A stretch of 64,000 nucleotides of DNA. Origin: Ruditapes philippinarum. Taxonomy: Eukaryota. A program made the position numbers and the translations under genes. The stretch covers positions 248,001 to 312,000 of the forward strand of contig NW_026859959.1 in the NCBI RefSeq assembly GCF_026571515.1, given 5' to 3'. Under the pieces are notes generated by a model. That model did not search any database and was not told the origin of the DNA. It saw only the letters and a list, made by a program, of their open reading frames with translations. Of the stretch, positions 1 through 12,332 are shown in pieces (the first letter of the stretch is position 1; each line of letters begins with the position of its first letter).

Positions 1-961
1 AAAGAAATAAATAAATTCACCATTTTATCCTTCATTAGAAAACGTTTATGAGACGCGATAATTAGACTTTCATTAGGAATAAGAATAACCAGAGAGTCAC
101 ATTTGTTTATAATTTATAATTATTTTAAACCTTTTGTGCAGTATAAAAGATTGAAGGTTTATATATTGACAAAAATATAAGTCATATAAACTGCTGTGTA
201 CATGATTAGAATGTAACAAGATAAGATACGAAGAAATACATACGGCATAGTACTTATATTAAAGCAAAGCAATGGATTATTTTATCGGTTCACTATCCTT
301 TCATCCAAATTTAACATACAAACAAGAAAAAGGATATTGTTGGTTTATGTCTCAATCTCAATCACCTACTTAAACTGCAGTCCTATTACTCTTTAAACAA
401 CCATCGTATTACATTTGAAAAAAAGGACTGTATAGTAATTATCAATATCAATATTCTCAAACATCAAATTTAAGTTATAATATATCTTTACACCAAGTAA
501 TATATTTCAAAGTAGATTTAAGGCTTGGAAAAAATGTTCTCTTGAATGTTTGTTTGTTTGTTTTGTTTTTCTTTATTTGCTTATTTAAAAATGATAATTG
601 CAGTTACTGTACGCAATGTAAGAAATCGAAATCCGACGGCCCCATTTTAAAGCATTAATGATGCATTTATATTATGTGAGACTTATAACCTGTTACAATT
701 TGTAATTTCTGCGATATAATAAATTTTTTTTGTAATAAATGTTGAACAAACAGATTTATAGATTCCTGTGCAAGATCAAGTCATCTTTTTACTTTTAGAT
801 ATACAGGTATTAAACAGGTATTTCCTTATAATTATTATTTTGAAAGATCATTGATTGAAGATTACAAAATTGTATAACCTTTGATATTTTTTTTTGAATT
901 GATGTCTCAAGTATTTAAACTTTTATTTATCGCTATACATGGTCGTTATATTCGTCATATC

Positions 962-1183
962 TCATATTACCAATCATCATATTACCAATTATCATATTAC
1001 CAATTATCATATTACCAATTATCATATATTACCAATTATCATATTACCAATTATCATATTACCAATTCATCATATTACCAATTATCATATTACCAATTAT
1101 CATATTACCAATCATCATATTACCAAATCATATTATCATATTACCAATCATCATATATTACCAATTATCATATTACCAATCAT
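962..1183. repeat. 15-bp minisatellite (ATCATATTACCAATT)n
   Basis: About 14 near-identical tandem units; explains the repetitive ORFs 881..1309 and 939..1283. Confidence 0.95.
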
Positions 1184-1788
1184 TCAATGTTTGTTCTTCT
1201 TCACTGCCAAATATACAGTGTGCTTCTATATTCTTTGGAATATATTTATTATATTATTATATTTTATTATATTATATTTATAATATTAAAATATTTATTC
1301 ATTGATTAAATGTTTATATTGCTTGATTTTAGAGTACATATATTTTATATTAATATAGCAATACGCGACACATACACACTATAAAGACTGAAGTGTATTG
1401 TTTATCAAGAATTATTTGAATACAAATACACCTGTGATTTGCCTAAATAAAATAATTGGAGGCTTCGGAATTTTCACATCCGTTTTCAAGTTCGTTTACT
1501 AAAATCATTTGAAACCCAAGCTAGTTAATAAAACACACACACATACATTGAATCAAAGATATTTGTCTCTCACCGTTGATCCAGAAATTGGTGAGACTAG
1601 TAGTCGGTCATTTGAGGAGACATATGTAATTACTGGTTAGTTATCCAGGAAAAGCGGCTAAGCAGATCAATCGCCGAAATGTGACCAAACAACTGTGTTA
1701 TAAAACTGGTAGAAAATCTGACAAAGAAAAACCAATCATCTTCAATTTACCTTGATAATTTGGAAATTGGGTAAAATCCTGTAAACGT

Positions 1789-2923
1789 TTAAGCAATAAG
1801 AATTCCAGAAAATGTGTTGTAAAGGTCATTTTCAACACGAATTAAATCGTAAACACGCGAGGTACCCTGAGTAGCATATGCTGCCTCGCCTTGTTGTAAG
1901 GGAGTCAACATATCTACAGTTTGACACGAGAGGTGATGCGGGTAGAAACGCGCCCAACTATATAAATTCCCGTCTCTGCGAATTGCCAAGTCAATATCAT
2001 ATCCTACAAGACAGAGCTGTAATACGAAATAGTAAGTTCCAGTAACTGGAGCAATAAAAACACCCGTGTAGTTATCATAGGCATTGCCGTTGTTTTCAGG
2101 TATGTTTGTAAATATGAATTTTGCACCACCTTCTTGTTTTGTCATCGAAGGATCTTTAGATCGAAAGAAAACGCCTTTGGATTTCCACGAACCTAATGTA
2201 AAAGAAATATAGTAAATATTAGGACGCAGTTTTATATTGTATACATTTTTACATGACATATTAATGAACTTGGATAGCAAAAAAAAAAAAAAAAAAAACA
2301 ACAAAAAACAACACACATATGGAAATTCCACTGAGTTAAAATACCACATGTCTTCATATGACTCCAGCACTGAAAACGTTCAGGAAGCGGACTCTAGGAT
2401 GTTTCAAATAAGCATCAAGCTTTCTACATAACCGAGTTTTAAAATATATATGTTGCTTAAACCGGATCTAATTATAAGATAGTTGCTGTTAATCGTCTAA
2501 AATATTATTGGAATAAACTTTGAAGAATATTTTTAATCTCAACACATAATAGTAAAACCTACCATGATTAATGTCTCCGTTCAGCACTTTATATTTATGA
2601 ACTTTTAGTCTAATATCCGTTCTGTCATCTTTTAGTTTATGAATCATTCCCCCAACCTCTCTCTCTGCTTCTTTCAAAACTTTATTTTCCTTTGGTGGAA
2701 TTTTTCTCTTTAGTCCAAAGTAATGTTGCAGCCAGTCGAATTCTTTACTTTTCAAATCTTGGAGATTTTTTTCCACTTTATTTCTCACTTTGATCATTTC
2801 TTGCTTCACTGTCTTTGCTAAATATTCAAGTTGTGTCACTGTGCCTATAAAATCCTCCTCTTGATTCGCAAAGGAACAGTCACAGACACATAATACAAGC
2901 AAAAGTGTCACGCAATACATCAT
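1789..2923 (-). CDS. C1q-domain-containing secreted protein, subfamily A copy 1 (intact, about 254 aa)
   Basis: Exon 1 2923-2563: signal peptide MMYCVTLLLVLCVCDCSFA plus coiled coil, GT donor at 2562. Exon 2 2192-1789: AG acceptor, C1q motifs F.N...N.G.YD..TGVF.APV.GTYYF and NTFSG.LI. Phase-1 splice keeps the frame. Confidence 0.88.
2340..2445 (+). mobile_element. tRNA-SINE body remnant (Meta-SINE-like) in the A1 intron
   Basis: catatgactccagcactg..caggaagcggactctag..tttcaaataagcatcaagctt matches the body of the SINE at 41350-41543; antisense to the gene. Confidence 0.6.
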
Positions 2924-3845
2924 TTTTAATTTGTGGACGGGCACATTGTCTAAACAAATTCATATATTTTGACTAGTAAATATTCAGATCTAAAAACGTC
3001 TTTCTTTTTCAAGTTGTAAATGTACTGTTATTTGCCTATTTTTGTTTTGGTTTTTGGGAACATTAAAACATAACATAACACAATGTATCTATTACATGTC
3101 AAGTGTAAAGTAGTCGCAATATGGTAACAAAAATAAGCAGAGCTGAATAAATAATACCTACTTTGTAAATGTATACGGATCGCTCTTAAACAATTGTCGA
3201 CAAATCTTTAAAAATAAGTTCTTCTTCTTAATGTCATAAGTTTTGCTTGCGGTTTTAAATTTTTTATTTAATATCAATTTGAGTTTCAGCTAATGTTAAA
3301 CCAAACAAGTTGTCTTTATTTTTTAACCTTTAAAACTTTTAATGACCATAATAATGTTTAAAAAAGAATATTAGAATAAGAAATCTCATGAAAACAGGAG
3401 ACGTTTCCATATTAAGTAATGTATTTCAACTGCTACTTGACAAGATCACTGTAAACTAACAGAAATTATTTACTTTAAATCATCAATGCTATGTAAAACG
3501 TATAGATTGAAAATATATCAAACATGCAGTATAAGCTTATGGGTGATGATTTCTATAAATGGTTTATCATTGTTACTCGAACAGTTCATCTCAAATTAAT
3601 ACAATCTAATGTGACATCAAATAAAAAAAATTGATAATATCTCCTCACTTTTTGTGTAATGTTAATTTCCCACAGGCTACTGAAAGTTATTAATAATATT
3701 ATCATTGTTAATGCAAGTGTATCAAGTGACTAAGAAATTTGTACTGCTACATGGTAACAGTAGTTTTTAACATTATAAGATCTTGTCACATGGTCTATTT
3801 CCTTAGGAAAGAATATAAAATCACCATTAAATGATAATAATAAAA

Positions 3846-4001
3846 TAAATAACACATGGGTTTGTGAGTAACAGTAAAAATATCATCCCTCGTAAAAATA
3901 CTGTTACCTCGGGTAACAGTAAATTTATCATCCCGAGGAAAATACTGTATTTTCCTCGGGATGATATTTTTACTGTTACCTACAAACCTATATGTTATTT
4001 A
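3846..4001. mobile_element. Palindromic MITE-like element
   Basis: About 44-bp inverted arms taaataacacatgggtttgtgagtaacagtaaaaatatcatccc / gggatgatatttttactgttacctacaaacctatatgttattta. Confidence 0.75.
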
Positions 4002-4749
4002 TATACTGCTATTAATTTATAATGATAGAGTATGCCTCCAGATTCATGCTAATTTTCATGAAAATTTTGAAAATGTATTTAAAAGTAAAATACTATGAAG
4101 TATACAAAGATAATAATTTACACAATGCAAACGGCCCTTACAATCCACATAAATTACCAAAAAGAGGTCAAAATATACATAAATACCTCTTACTGCGTTA
4201 GTAAAACAGTAGAATGCTATTGATTGATACTGCAAAATCAGTCATAAATCGCACATTACATGTAAATATTTAATTAAATATTGAATCTTTTTACTTTTCT
4301 TATGTTCTAAAATATTTTCTAAAGATTGAATTACTTGAATATTTTGGCTCATTTGTAGGCGTGCAGCTTTAAACGTTTAAGAATCCTACATGTACAATAT
4401 TAACGTATATCAAATTACATAGACATTCTATGTTATAAGTCTTTTTCAGACGTAAATGTTATGAAAACAGTTTAATTTACTGTTTTTTTTTATAGTTCAT
4501 CACTGTTTTTAGATTTTTATAGTTCATCAGATATAGCTTTATACACATTCATTCAATGGTTAGCTGTTATCAAATCAAGAAACAATGTGAATCTAGTTTC
4601 AAAATACATGTCTATTTACCATAGATAGCAGTTTAGAACAAATACTACAAATTTTACTACAGCAACTGAACAAACTCAGTGAAAAATTATAGCACATCAT
4701 TTCTGATGATGGGGCAATCATGGGAATCGATACAAAATACAAATTCATT

Positions 4750-5120
4750 ATTATTATTGTACAAAGAATACAATCATCAAATTGTGCTGTTTTAGGTGAC
4801 TGCGCTCGGTATCCACTATATGTTACAACTTACAAAAGAGCTATAAGATATTGGTTGAAAATTATAAAGATGCCTAACGAAAGAAATGTAAAAAAAAATG
4901 TTATATAATGATGCTAAATGATGTCTCAAATGGTTATGTCAACTGGGTTACATCAGTGAAAAACTGTTTAGAAAGATACGGATTTGGTTTTGTGTGGCTT
5001 AACCAAGGTGTACAAAATGAAAAAAAATGTATTTTTAATTTTTCTTGTAAATAGAGTGAAAGATATAAGCCTTCAAGAGTGTAATATGAATGTTGACGAT
5101 AATTCTAAGTTAGAAATTGT
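4750..5120 (+). mobile_element. Degenerate non-LTR retrotransposon ORF2 C-terminal fragment
   Basis: Frameshifted translation AVLGDCARYPLY..IRYWLKII..NWVTSVKNCLERYGFGFVWLNQGV; same type as 33225-34157. Confidence 0.7.
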
Positions 5121-5618
5121 TTCAAAATGGTTCTCTACGTTAGTGGATCTCGTATATTTGTATATCGCAAATGATGTCACGTAAAAATATATGCACGGTC
5201 GAACAATACCATTTTTATGGAGTTGTAAAAGCGGCAGGGGTATGTGATAAATGATATTAAGTAGCTAAAGTATCTCTTAATGTAACAATTTATAAACTGT
5301 CATTGCAAAAAAAAAAAAAAAAAATAACCATATGTGATACGTACCGTACCATGGTTCATATGACTTTTATTTCTTTTTATTTGTCATAGATATTTTAGCA
5401 AACAGGTGTTCTTTTATATTCGGTTTCAATTGATGAGAGTCTACCATGAAATCAAGCTTTCTTTTTAAAACATAATATGCTTAAAGTATTACATTTTATA
5501 TACTGTGTAGTGAAAATAATTTTAAGTATATTTTCATTTTCTCTACTCTATATCTGATATTTATTTTATACATTGTCGCCAAATTTACATCTGTGTTTTT
5601 AAGCAATATCTATTGAGA

Positions 5619-6059
5619 ATGGATATCATGAAGATTTTAGCATTGTTGTTGTTTTATTGTCACTGCATTAGAATGGAAGATCACCATGATGATCTTGAAG
5701 ATCGGATACTTAATGTCCAGCGTCGAATAAATGCACTGTAAGAGGACTTACAGGCTATAGAGTCTAATGCTGAAATGACAGAGACTGACTTAGATGAAAA
5801 CAAAAACTCTGGAGCAGATGTTTACCAACTTAAACAACATATTTGAAGAAATCCAGTTTCAAGATATAAAAGATAGATTTAGTAAGCATTATTTGAAAAG
5901 AGAGCGAAGAAAGCTTTTTAAACTGCTGCAAGAGCCAAATGAAATTGAAAGTTGGAGAACAAGAAGGTAACAAAAAGCAACAAGACCAAAAAGATACGAT
6001 GACGGATCAAATGACAGAAGATGTTGATCAAGATTTAAACTCAGCTTTGAAATTTAAAG
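5619..6059 (+). pseudogene. C1qDC subfamily B copy 1 pseudogene (exon 1 only)
   Basis: Near-identical to 23238-23676 but AAA>TAA at 5739-5741 plus small indels. The C1q exon is missing and replaced by the insertion 6343-18181. Confidence 0.9.
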
Positions 6060-6414
6060 GTATACACGTATATTCATAATTACTTTTACAAGTCGTTTGT
6101 TGTGTCTGTGTGTGCGCGTGCGTGCGTGCGTGCGTTTGTGTGTTTCTATTTATAGAGATAGAGACAGACTTTACTTTCACCTTCAGGAAAGGATACACAT
6201 AAAAGTTTAAACAGAAAATATCTTTACTGTAACTGTAAGCCAATGTTTCCGATTTTGTTTTTGTTTATTGATTTGTAAATAGCCATCATTTCTTATTTTG
6301 CTTTATTTTAATGTGTTGAAAAGCAGATTTGTCAGTGAGTTATATAATATTAAAACAGAATCTTTAAAGAAAGCCTAACACGGCAAAATTGTAAAATGTT
6401 GCAGGCTCGGTTTG

Positions 6415-6415
<1 letters not shown>

Positions 6416-6470
<55 letters not shown>

Positions 6471-9400
6471 TAATAATATCTTTATTTAAAGAAGGTTACA
6501 CATGAAGAACATACAATAACAATCATATATATCTTATTTCCAATGTGGCCTTCTGAAATAGAAAACAACAACAACAACAACAACAACAGGACATGCATAG
6601 GTAGAAAAATGAATGTATAATATGTACTTTTTAGAATAATACAACTCAAATACTTTCGACAGACACTCAACAATTTGTTTAAACATATACCTTATGCATC
6701 ATTCGTTCGTTCGTTCGTTCATTCGTTCGTATATTTATTAATTATTTAATGCATTCATTCATTCATTCACTCACTCACTCACTCACTCATTCAATTATAT
6801 GGCTTTGTATTTTTAAAACATTTAAGGTTATTAACATTACGAATTTTTAAAGGTATATTGTTCCAAATGTGCATGCCAGAATAAGAAAATGTGTCTTTAA
6901 TATAATTTGTTTTAGGTCATGTCCATAATACAATATCTTTTCGTGACCTAAATCTTAAGTTATATATTTTGTTGTCGGAAAAAGTCATCAGTTCTGTCAT
7001 ATAAGCCGGTGCCATGTTATTTAAAGTTTTAAAAACAAGCACCGCAGTGTGGTATTTACATCTGTCAAGGAACGGTAACCAGTTAAGAGCTTCGAATAGA
7101 TTTATTGACGGAGATCTTTGTGGTTGCTGTAAAATGATTTTAGCAATTCGTTTTTGTAATTTACAAACATTATTTATGTAGTTTGTGTTTCCTTTACCCC
7201 ATATAATACAACAATAGTCCATAATGGGCAATATATATGCATTGTAAAACAATAATTTCATATCAAAGTGCAAAAAATACGATAAGGCAATTTTTCCGTT
7301 AAGTTTTTTACAAACACTGTCAATTTGCAAGTGCCATTTTAAGTTGTTATCTATGCAAATACCCAAGACTTTTTGATCAGTTACATTTTCAAGAGCTATT
7401 TCATTTATCTTAAGATACAATTTACTTTTTGTGTTGTTCCTATTACCATACATTTTGATTTATCTGGATTTAAGGCCATATTATTTATTTTGCACCATTT
7501 GTCAATGTTATTTAAATGATCTTGAAGTTTTATTTCTACTTTTGATATATTTTCTCCGGACTCATAAAGAGTAGAATCGTCTGCGTATAAATCAATTTTT
7601 ATATCATTACCAATGAAAACTATGTCATTTATGTATATTAGAAATAATAAAGGTCCTAATATTGAGCCTTGTGGAACACCGGAAATTATTTTCATTGTCT
7701 TAGATTGAAGATTACCTATCTTAACCAGTTGTATTCTGTTAGAAAGATATGACTTAAAAATCTTAACGGCATTTTCAGAAAAAATGATTAAGTTTAAGTT
7801 TATGCAAAAGTATCAACATCTTTTAACCAAGTATCTATTAAACTAATGAGTGCAGTATTACATGAATGACTTTTACGAAATCCTGATTGTTTATTATGAA
7901 TTATGTTCGTTTTTTCAAAGAATGAGTGTATTTGTTTGGCAATATGGCGCTCAAATATTTTGGATATAGTTGACAAAATTGATATCGGTCGATAGTTATT
8001 TGCTTCATTCTTATCCCTCGATTTAAAAATAGGTATAACTCGAGCTCTTTTTAAATCATCTGGGAAAATATTAGATTTAATACTATTATTGATAATTGAT
8101 GCAATGATTGGTGTAATATAATCTCGACAATATTTGATGATGTTTGGTATAATTCCATCTAATCCTGTAGATTTTTTAATATTCAGTTTTTCAATAATAA
8201 GTTTTACTTCAAACGGTGTAATTAATTCAATATTAAATTCATGATATATTAGCTTTTGGTCTAAAGTTTCTTTCATTTTTGAATAATTTGTATTTGAAAA
8301 CTTTGTTTTATGTATGACATTCGAGATATTGACAAAATACTTGTTTAATTCATTTATAATATTTACATTTCTGTAAATTTCTTTATTACCTGTCACTAGT
8401 CTGTCTGGCATTGTAATACAACATTTTTATTTAGATTTGAAACGTCCTTTAAATTTTTTCATAAAAATGCCGGGTCTTTGTTATTTTTAATAGTATTGTT
8501 AAAGAAATCTCTTTTACTTTTTTTAATCATTGATGATATTTTATTTCTGAGCAATTTGTATTGTTCATGTTTCCCTACTTTATGATAGTAATCGCGTTCA
8601 TGTATTAGATATTTTATCTCATCAGTAAACCATTCCGGCCGGTGTTCACGTTTGATACGTTTTTCTTTTATTGGTGCATGCTTTTTCAAGATAGTATTTA
8701 AAATGGAGTAAAATAAGCTAAGGGATTCATTCGGATTAATTATGTGCTCGACTAATTCAAGATCGGATAAAGCAAGGTCTATCTGAAAATCAATTTCATT
8801 GAAGTTTTTAAAACATCTATATTTAATCGAATTATGTTCATTAATCAATCGGGTACATGCTTTCGTTGATCTTGAAATACATATCGGATAATGATCACTT
8901 AATGAGGTATCAGAAACGAACGATTCAATAATATATCTGCTACTGTTTGTATAAACATGATCAATAATGTTTTGGGTACGTTTTGTTATCCTAGTAGGAT
9001 CTGTGATAAGTTGTTTCAAACCATATTTCGTTATCAAATCATCCCATTTTGTATTTTTTTTTTCATTTTATTCATTGGATAAAAGTTTATATTGACATCT
9101 CCTAGAATATGATATTCTATGTTTGATATAAATATTATACTTAGTTGTTTTTCATAATTGTCAATCCAAGATTGGTGTACATTTGGTGGGCGATATATAA
9201 AATTTAAAAGAAAAGGTTTGCAATTTGGGTAAATAATTTCCAACCAAACAGATTCTAATTCGTCCATTTCTATATCGTAACGGCGCCGATATGGCACCTT
9301 GTCAGCAATATATATTACAATTCGACAACTTTTACGTTCCTTTCTTTCGTGTGTGAAATTGTTTATATTTAATTCATCGTCTGTTGTATCATCACCAAGA

Positions 9401-9518
9401 AATGTCTCAGTAAAGCCGAAAATATCTGGCGATTTTAATTTGTTTAATAGATTGTATTTTATTTCGTCTCTTTTATGCATTAAGTGATTAACGTTAAGGT
9501 GTGCAACTATATTAATAT
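6416..9518 (-). mobile_element. CR1/L2-group LINE, ORF2 (endonuclease + RT) with frameshifts; 5' part continues at 17103-17197
   Basis: ORF pieces 9034-9480 (FTETFL, IYRPP, GDVNI), 8459-9037 (PTR, IDHVY, SDH), 7800-8411 (NYRPIS, QSGFR), 7405-7695 (GVPQGSILGP, YADD) and 6917-7453. 3' end has AATAAA and a (TTA)n tail at 6417-6487. Confidence 0.93.
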
Positions 9519-10763
9519 TGTTATGAAATTTGAAACTAATCTTTTACTAGAAGAGTATTCATTTAGGATGGTAAATCTGGACAATATTTCTAAGCTGGTT
9601 AAAATGTTTATGTTAACTTTTACTCATTTTTGTTGTAAAACAATTGAGTCATTAACAGTCCAGAATATTGGCACAGCTCAGTTATTTTTAGATTATGATC
9701 ATTCCTCATTCCAAATTTGGAAAGGTCGCGCAGACAAAGGTCGCGCGACACTTAAGGTCGCGCAATAGGAAAGGTCGCGCAGAATCAGCTTTCCCAGGCA
9801 TGCTAGTTCCAAATATGGAGAGGTCGCGCAATAAGAGGTCGCGCAGTCTAAAAGTACAAGGTTTAAGTTATTTTTAGCCCTTCAGCATCTCAACTGTTGT
9901 TAACAAAGCATAATTTGGTCATATCAGATTTTATGAATGGGATTCCTTACTCACAGCTTTATCTATGTACAGGTTACTTGGTTCAAATGTTGAGCTGTAT
10001 GTTGTAAAGCTGGAGAGATTATATTTCTGTTGTTTAATGAATTATCAGTCAGTATTATAAGTTTATAGAAATGTCAATCAGTAGTAAGTGTATTGGTCTT
10101 ATAAGCCATATATAGTACATATATCTTTATTACTGCAAGTATATTTTGCACTATTAAGATGCATTATTGGACAGATAATTATTATCCTATTGAGTGTTCA
10201 AACATGTAAATTTATATAACTATTATGTATTTTTGTACTAATGTTTGTATTGTACAACAGTCTGTATACCTGAACCAGTTGCAGGCCATTTTGAAACATT
10301 GTTAAGGCATTGTCAGCATTTTAAAAAGGTCGCGCAACATTCAGGTCGCGCAATGAGTTGTGTGCAAAACTGGAGAGGTCGCGCAATAAGAGGTCGCGCA
10401 ACAGTCTACTTTTGCACACCACCCTAGCTGCGCAAACAGAAGGGTATATAAGCTGGGAACTTTTCTAGCTGAGTTAGTTTTGGAGTTTTTGAGGAGTTTT
10501 GGAGTGAGTTGGAGTTGGTTGAGTTGAGTTAGTTAGTAATTGCAGAAATGTATTTGTTGAAGTTGTTAAGGATTTTACTTTGGTTTTGACTGTTGATAGA
10601 GAATAAAATGATGCATTATTTTGATTTACTGCAATAAATATAATCCTGCTTTCACTTGGACTTGACTTGTTCATTGTACCAGCATAGAGAAATGGTTGAC
10701 TTTTAAGCGAAAAAAGTGAATAAACAAAGCTTTTCACAAAAAGGAGGAGAGATTTTCGTAACA
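9519..10763 (+). repeat. 5' LTR (1245 bp)
   Basis: TGTTATGAAA...TTTCGTAACA termini; near-identical to 15863-17102; TATATAA at about 10444 and several AATAAA. Confidence 0.97.
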
Positions 10764-10764
10764 C

Positions 10765-10782
10765 TGGTGGCAGCGGTGGGAT
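10765..10782 (+). promoter_or_regulatory. Primer binding site complementary to the tRNA-Leu 3' end
   Basis: TGGTGGCAGCGGTGGGAT is the reverse complement of ATCCCACCGCTGCCA-CCA; separated from the LTR by 1 nt. Confidence 0.88.
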
Positions 10783-10857
10783 AAAGACTTTAACATGCTT
10801 CAGCGCAGGGATAAAGACTTTGACTTTTTCTACTTTTGAGTGTAATGGACTTACAAA

Positions 10858-11103
10858 ATGGAAAAGGAATTAGAATCATTGCGTCAGACTGTTTCTTTGT
10901 GCTGTTTAGAAATAGGAAATATCTCCAAAGAACTAGTTAGTCATAGCGAAAATCTAACAAGTGCATTTAGTGATTTTTGTAACAAAGTGAATGGAATTTT
11001 AGAAATGAAAAATAATGAAATCAGTGAATTAAAATCATATAATGCAAAATTACGTGCTTCTATGTTAGACGATGACACTCAGGTTTTAGAAGAAAGTCAG
11101 TAA
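10858..11103 (+). CDS. Small coiled-coil-like ORF upstream of gag (81 aa)
   Basis: ATG in AAAATGG context; heptad-like composition; TAA followed 1 nt later by the gag ATG. Confidence 0.5.
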   Translation: MEKELESLRQTVSLCCLEIGNISKELVSHSENLTSAFSDFCNKVNGILEMKNNEISELKSYNAKLRASMLDDDTQVLEESQ

Positions 11104-11104
11104 C

Positions 11105-12282
11105 ATGGGACCTAAGAAATCTGCTAGATCTGCATCAGCAACACGTCTTGAAAATTCAGAACTTACAATGGATTTACGTCAACAACTTTCCAGAAAAATT
11201 GATGAAAATGATGATTTACAAGCTAATTTAACTAATGCATTGGCAAATATTGAGAAATTAAATGAAACCGTCAAAATTTTACAAAGTGAAAAAGTTGGAT
11301 TACAAGAAATTATAGAAAGTGAAAATGAACAATTTCGAAGAGATAAGGAAAATTTGAACAGTCTATATCATACAACTCAGACGAATAGAGACAGACAAAT
11401 CCAAGTATTGACAAATGAAATTGATGAATTACAAAATATTTTACAATCAAGAGATGTTGAACTTAGTCGCCTGCAGAACATTGCATTACGAGAAAGTAAC
11501 CAAAGAAATTCTCGGGATTATCATGTTCCACTACCAAACCAGGTTCTTTTTGATGGTAAAACGTCATACACCGCATTCATACGTCAATTTGCTGTGTTGG
11601 CTGAAACATGCCAATGGAGTGATAAAGAGAGGGCATTTCGCTTGCTGAATAGTCTGAGGGATGATGCAGCAGAGTTTGTATTCAACCAGGTCAGTCCTGA
11701 AACTCAACAATCTTACACACAGCTTGAGCAATGTCTAGCAGCAAGATTTGTAGAAAGACGTTCTACTGCCTCTTATCTGATGGAGCTCGAAAATGTCAAG
11801 CTTCAATCAAGGGAAAAACTCGTGGAGTATGTTGCAGATATAAAGCGTCTGGTTCGAAAGGGCTACCCAACTGCAGATGATCATACTATTGGTACAATTT
11901 GTTTACGGCATTTTATTAGAGGTCTGGTGACTCCCAGATGGCTCTGGCTATAGGGATGAAGGATCCAACTAGTATCGAAAATGCACGCGAGATTCTGGAG
12001 ACGTACTATAGTTTGAAGGATGAAACTAAGGCAAACACCAAAGTTCGAATGGTTCGTCAAGGGAACAACAATGTTTCTCAAGAGCAGTTTTTGTCTTTCA
12101 AGAAAGAAATAGATAAAAAATTTGATGAAATTCTGTCTGCCATTAAGAAGCAAGATATGCAGCCAGAAAAATTCAAAAGAAGGGATTTATCTACTGTTGA
12201 GTGTTATAAGTGTCATAATTTAGGTCATTATGCACGTGATTGCACGAGTCAGCAGAGTGATAAAAATAAAGCGGAAAACTAG
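11105..12282 (+). CDS. gag: Gag (coiled coil, capsid, CCHC zinc knuckle) with a 1-nt frameshift near 11930
   Basis: ORFs 11105-11953 (FDGK..F..QF..A..QW, LRDDAA, FIRGL) and 11938-12282 (CYKCHNLGHYARDC). Confidence 0.88.
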
Positions 12283-12315
12283 GTGGGACTAAGGCAGACG
12301 GCCTTGCGTTAGTCC
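12273..12315 (+). promoter_or_regulatory. Putative -1 ribosomal frameshift signal (gag to pol)
   Basis: G_GAA_AAC at 12273-12279, 6-nt spacer, stem GGACTAA (12286-12292) / TTAGTCC (12309-12315). The -1 frame is open and continuous with pol. Confidence 0.75.
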
Positions 12316-12332
12316 AAAATCATAGTGAAAAA

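Noticed and set aside
881-1309. ORFs with YYQLS / ITNYH repeats
   Set aside because: Translation of a stop-free 15-bp minisatellite; no coding evidence.
1560-1740. Possible old SINE remnant
   Set aside because: Only short motif resemblance (actggttag..ccagga); no A/B boxes or TSD.
9722-10402. AGGTCGCGC repeats as a CRISPR-like array
   Set aside because: Repeats are only 9-10 bp with mostly 5-7 bp gaps, lie inside a eukaryotic LTR, and there are no cas genes.
9484-10764. Small ORFs in the LTR (and duplicates at 15807-17178)
   Set aside because: Duplicated only because the LTRs are duplicated; no recognisable protein features.
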